From assembly GCA_965215885.1 (NCBI GenBank), contig CBDCEW010000038.1, forward strand, positions 8,385 through 72,384: DNA of 64,000 nt, given 5' to 3'. A program made the translations under genes and the position numbers. Numbering within the stretch: the stretch's first letter is position 1; each line of letters begins with the position of its first letter. Shown here in pieces: positions 61,776-64,000 of the stretch. Below the pieces are notes generated by a model. That model did not search any database. It worked only from the letters and a program-made list of their open reading frames with translations, and had not been told where the DNA came from. This stretch comes from Candidatus Moanibacter sp. (GTDB taxonomy: Bacteria; Verrucomicrobiota; Verrucomicrobiia; Opitutales; UBA2987).

Positions 61776-63482
61776 CTACTCTTCTAAACCCAGCTCCCTC
61801 AAGGTCGCGTTACGCCGGAAAACAGCGAGGTAATTGGCCTGTTGCAGGTCCATGAGGATGCTCAGGCGATTAGCCGCTTCTTCTCGTTCCCTAGCGTCGC
61901 CGTATATCGATAACCAGAAATTCGCTCCGATGAGGCTGTCCTGGCGACGGACGTTCTCCGTCACTGTTTTGTTCGCCTTCCGCATGTCCCTGACCAGGGC
62001 CGGGTAGAGATCGTCTTCGACGGCGTCGAGGAGTTGATCCACCGATCCCTCTTTTTCCCAGAGCCGGTAAAGATTGCTATTGATTGCACCCTGATACTCC
62101 TCGCCCCCCATGGCGCTGATCCCGAAACCGGCGGGGTATCCTTCCATGACCGGTTCAAATGGTTTTACGTGTTCGGGCAGTTCAATACCCTCGATAGCCG
62201 GAAGCCATCCGGTCCTCTCGACAAAAAACTCGCTCGTCTCCACAGAAGTGAGAAAACGAAGGAAGTCGATGGCCGTGTTCCGAATTTCCTCTGGATGGAA
62301 ATTGACAATCCCAAAGGGACCGTAGGGCGGGGTATTCGCTTCCGTGATCGATCCCCGGGTATTCGCGCCATAGCGCGGATGAGACGTCGACGGCAGGGGA
62401 ACCGGAAAAACACCAATCTCGAACTTCCCCTCAATCTGAGCGCGGAAGCTGGGCGCATCCGCGGAAGTGGTCGCGATCATCGCCGCCCGCCCCTGGGCAA
62501 ATCGAAAAGTGGCGTCCTGCCGGTCGAGCTGGGCGAATCCCGGTTGCATGTACTGGGCCACCTCTCGCATTAATTCGAAGCCGTCCCAGATCGGTTTGTC
62601 ACGCACCGTCCATTTATGGTGGAGAAAACCCATCTGGATATAGATCACGGTGTGGAGCAACTCATTGTAAACATCGATAACGGGAACGACCGCCTGCGAC
62701 TGGCTTTGAAAGAGCCGGTCAAGAATAAACGGCGCATTGTATTTTGAACCGGCTATGGGGACGAGAGCCGTCCCCGACTCTACGGCATAGGCTTTTACGG
62801 CTTCACACAACGCAATGAAGTCTTCGTAAGTCTTCGGGCGAATGGGACGCCCCAGGCGCTCACGGAGCTCGGCAAATTCGGGTCGCGCAACAACCCGTTC
62901 CAATAACGTCTCATTACAGAAGATCCGCGTCGTCCTCATGCTGTATGGAATGCCGTAATTCTCCTGCAGGTTGTGGCGATACCCGGCGCCTTCCTCTTCG
63001 AGTTGCCCGATAAAGGTTTCCCGCCACGGCACTCCCTCCAGGGCCGTATCGGTGTTGTAGATATTGGGTTCCTCCAACTCTGCGCCGAGGGCATAGAAAT
63101 AGCGCGCGACCATTTCGTTGGTGAATCCGGCTCCGCTGGTCTTGGTCATTATGACCTCGGGCGCGGTTTCGCCAATCAACTGGGTCTTCACCCAACTGGG
63201 GAAGATCCTCTCCGGTATCGGAATCTGTATAACATCGACGCGATTTCCCTTCCTGCGCTGTTCCTCTTCGTAGCGCTCCGCGATCGCTTCAAACGTCTCC
63301 CGCAAACCACTTTCCAGTTGCGGGTGAGCGAACCGCACGACGAGACGATCATCCTTTCCTAGCCCGGCCGAAGTAGAGAGCACCCGAGCGAGAGAAAATG
63401 CGAAACACACAGCGAGCAGGACGAACCCCGTCCACTGGATGACTCCGCTCAACCGGCCGCCACTTGCACCTTCTTCGTTCAA
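61776..63482 (-). CDS. ABC-type extracellular solute-binding protein, paralog of 1049-2647
   Basis: N-terminal TM, VRFAH, PNIYN.DTALEGVPWRETF, ATFRFAQGRA, DFLRFLTS. Confidence 0.82.
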   Translation of the reverse strand: MNEEGASGGRLSGVIQWTGFVLLAVCFAFSLARVLSTSAGLGKDDRLVVRFAHPQLESGLRETFEAIAERYEEEQRRKGNRVDVIQIPIPERIFPSWVKTQLIGETAPEVIMTKTSGAGFTNEMVARYFYALGAELEEPNIYNTDTALEGVPWRETFIGQLEEEGAGYRHNLQENYGIPYSMRTTRIFCNETLLERVVARPEFAELRERLGRPIRPKTYEDFIALCEAVKAYAVESGTALVPIAGSKYNAPFILDRLFQSQSQAVVPVIDVYNELLHTVIYIQMGFLHHKWTVRDKPIWDGFELMREVAQYMQPGFAQLDRQDATFRFAQGRAAMIATTSADAPSFRAQIEGKFEIGVFPVPLPSTSHPRYGANTRGSITEANTPPYGPFGIVNFHPEEIRNTAIDFLRFLTSVETSEFFVERTGWLPAIEGIELPEHVKPFEPVMEGYPAGFGISAMGGEEYQGAINSNLYRLWEKEGSVDQLLDAVEDDLYPALVRDMRKANKTVTENVRRQDSLIGANFWLSIYGDAREREEAANRLSILMDLQQANYLAVFRRNATLRELGLEE

Positions 63483-64000
63483 TCCGCGCCCTCCAATTCA
63501 GTGAGTAACGATTCGAGGCGTTTTTGCGTAATATAGCGGTAGCGCGATCGCGTAAACTCCGCCAGCAAACGCTCGTAGTAGGATCTGGCGGCCGTTCTGT
63601 CACCTCGACTGCGCGCCAGTTCAGCGATCCGCAGCAGCATTTTAGCACGGAGAACCGCGCGGTCGAACCCGATCTCCATCGCCGCAATGAAGAAATCTTC
63701 GCCTCTTTTTCGGGACACATCGTAATACACATGGGTTTCTCCCATCAAACGGTAGAAATTGCGTTGGATTTCCCGAATCGAGAGGAATTGTCCCTCCTCT
63801 TCGAGAGGGTAAAGCGGCGCTGAGATTTCCTCCACATCGAGTTGCTGGTAGAGGGTGATCGTAGCGTAATTAAGAAACGCCATTTGCCCGAAATAGTGAT
63901 CCGGAAATTCCAAGCTTAAGGCTCGAAACATCCTCGCTGCCTCAGCCTGGTCGGGATTCATCCGGTGAATCTGCACGATCCGGGCAAGAAAGTAAGCGGA
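63479..64000 (-). CDS. TPR-like protein, partial (runs off the window), paralog of 73-1044
   Basis: ARIVQIHR...PDH, LLRIAELA...ARSYYERLL. Overlaps the binding-protein start by 4 nt. Confidence 0.7.
   Translation of the reverse strand, partial: SAYFLARIVQIHRMNPDQAEAARMFRALSLEFPDHYFGQMAFLNYATITLYQQLDVEEISAPLYPLEEEGQFLSIREIQRNFYRLMGETHVYYDVSRKRGEDFFIAAMEIGFDRAVLRAKMLLRIAELARSRGDRTAARSYYERLLAEFTRSRYRYITQKRLESLLTELEGAD

Overview
A 64-kb accessory region from a moderately GC-rich bacterium. The gene content (sulfatases, BNR proteins, a TonB receptor, membrane-anchored solute-binding proteins, REP-type repeats) suggests a PVC-superphylum organism, probably Verrucomicrobiota/Opitutae; this is an inference. 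It is a catabolic island with five BNR/sialidase-like propellers, three Cys-type sulfatases, two FAD oxidoreductases, three Fe(II)/2-oxoglutarate dioxygenases, a GH32, two other propeller hydrolases, a sugar ABC importer, an ABC-2 exporter and a TonB-dependent receptor. Two diverged TPR + solute-binding-protein pairs face each other at the window ends. The region is full of mobile DNA: an IS5/ISNCY-like element nested in an ISAs1 that sits inside a sialidase gene, two IS4 copies, an intact IS66, decayed ISL3 and IS701-like elements, several MITEs and many REP-like palindromes. Three toxin genes (two VapC, one HigB) are 5'-truncated, while the antitoxin reading frames remain. The most striking unexplained signal is a diverged, ORF-less element of about 260-400 bp present twice (3074-3455, 59092-59465). 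It has a long conserved stem that pairs better on the minus strand and is a candidate structured RNA or non-autonomous element. I saw no tRNA, rRNA or CRISPR array.
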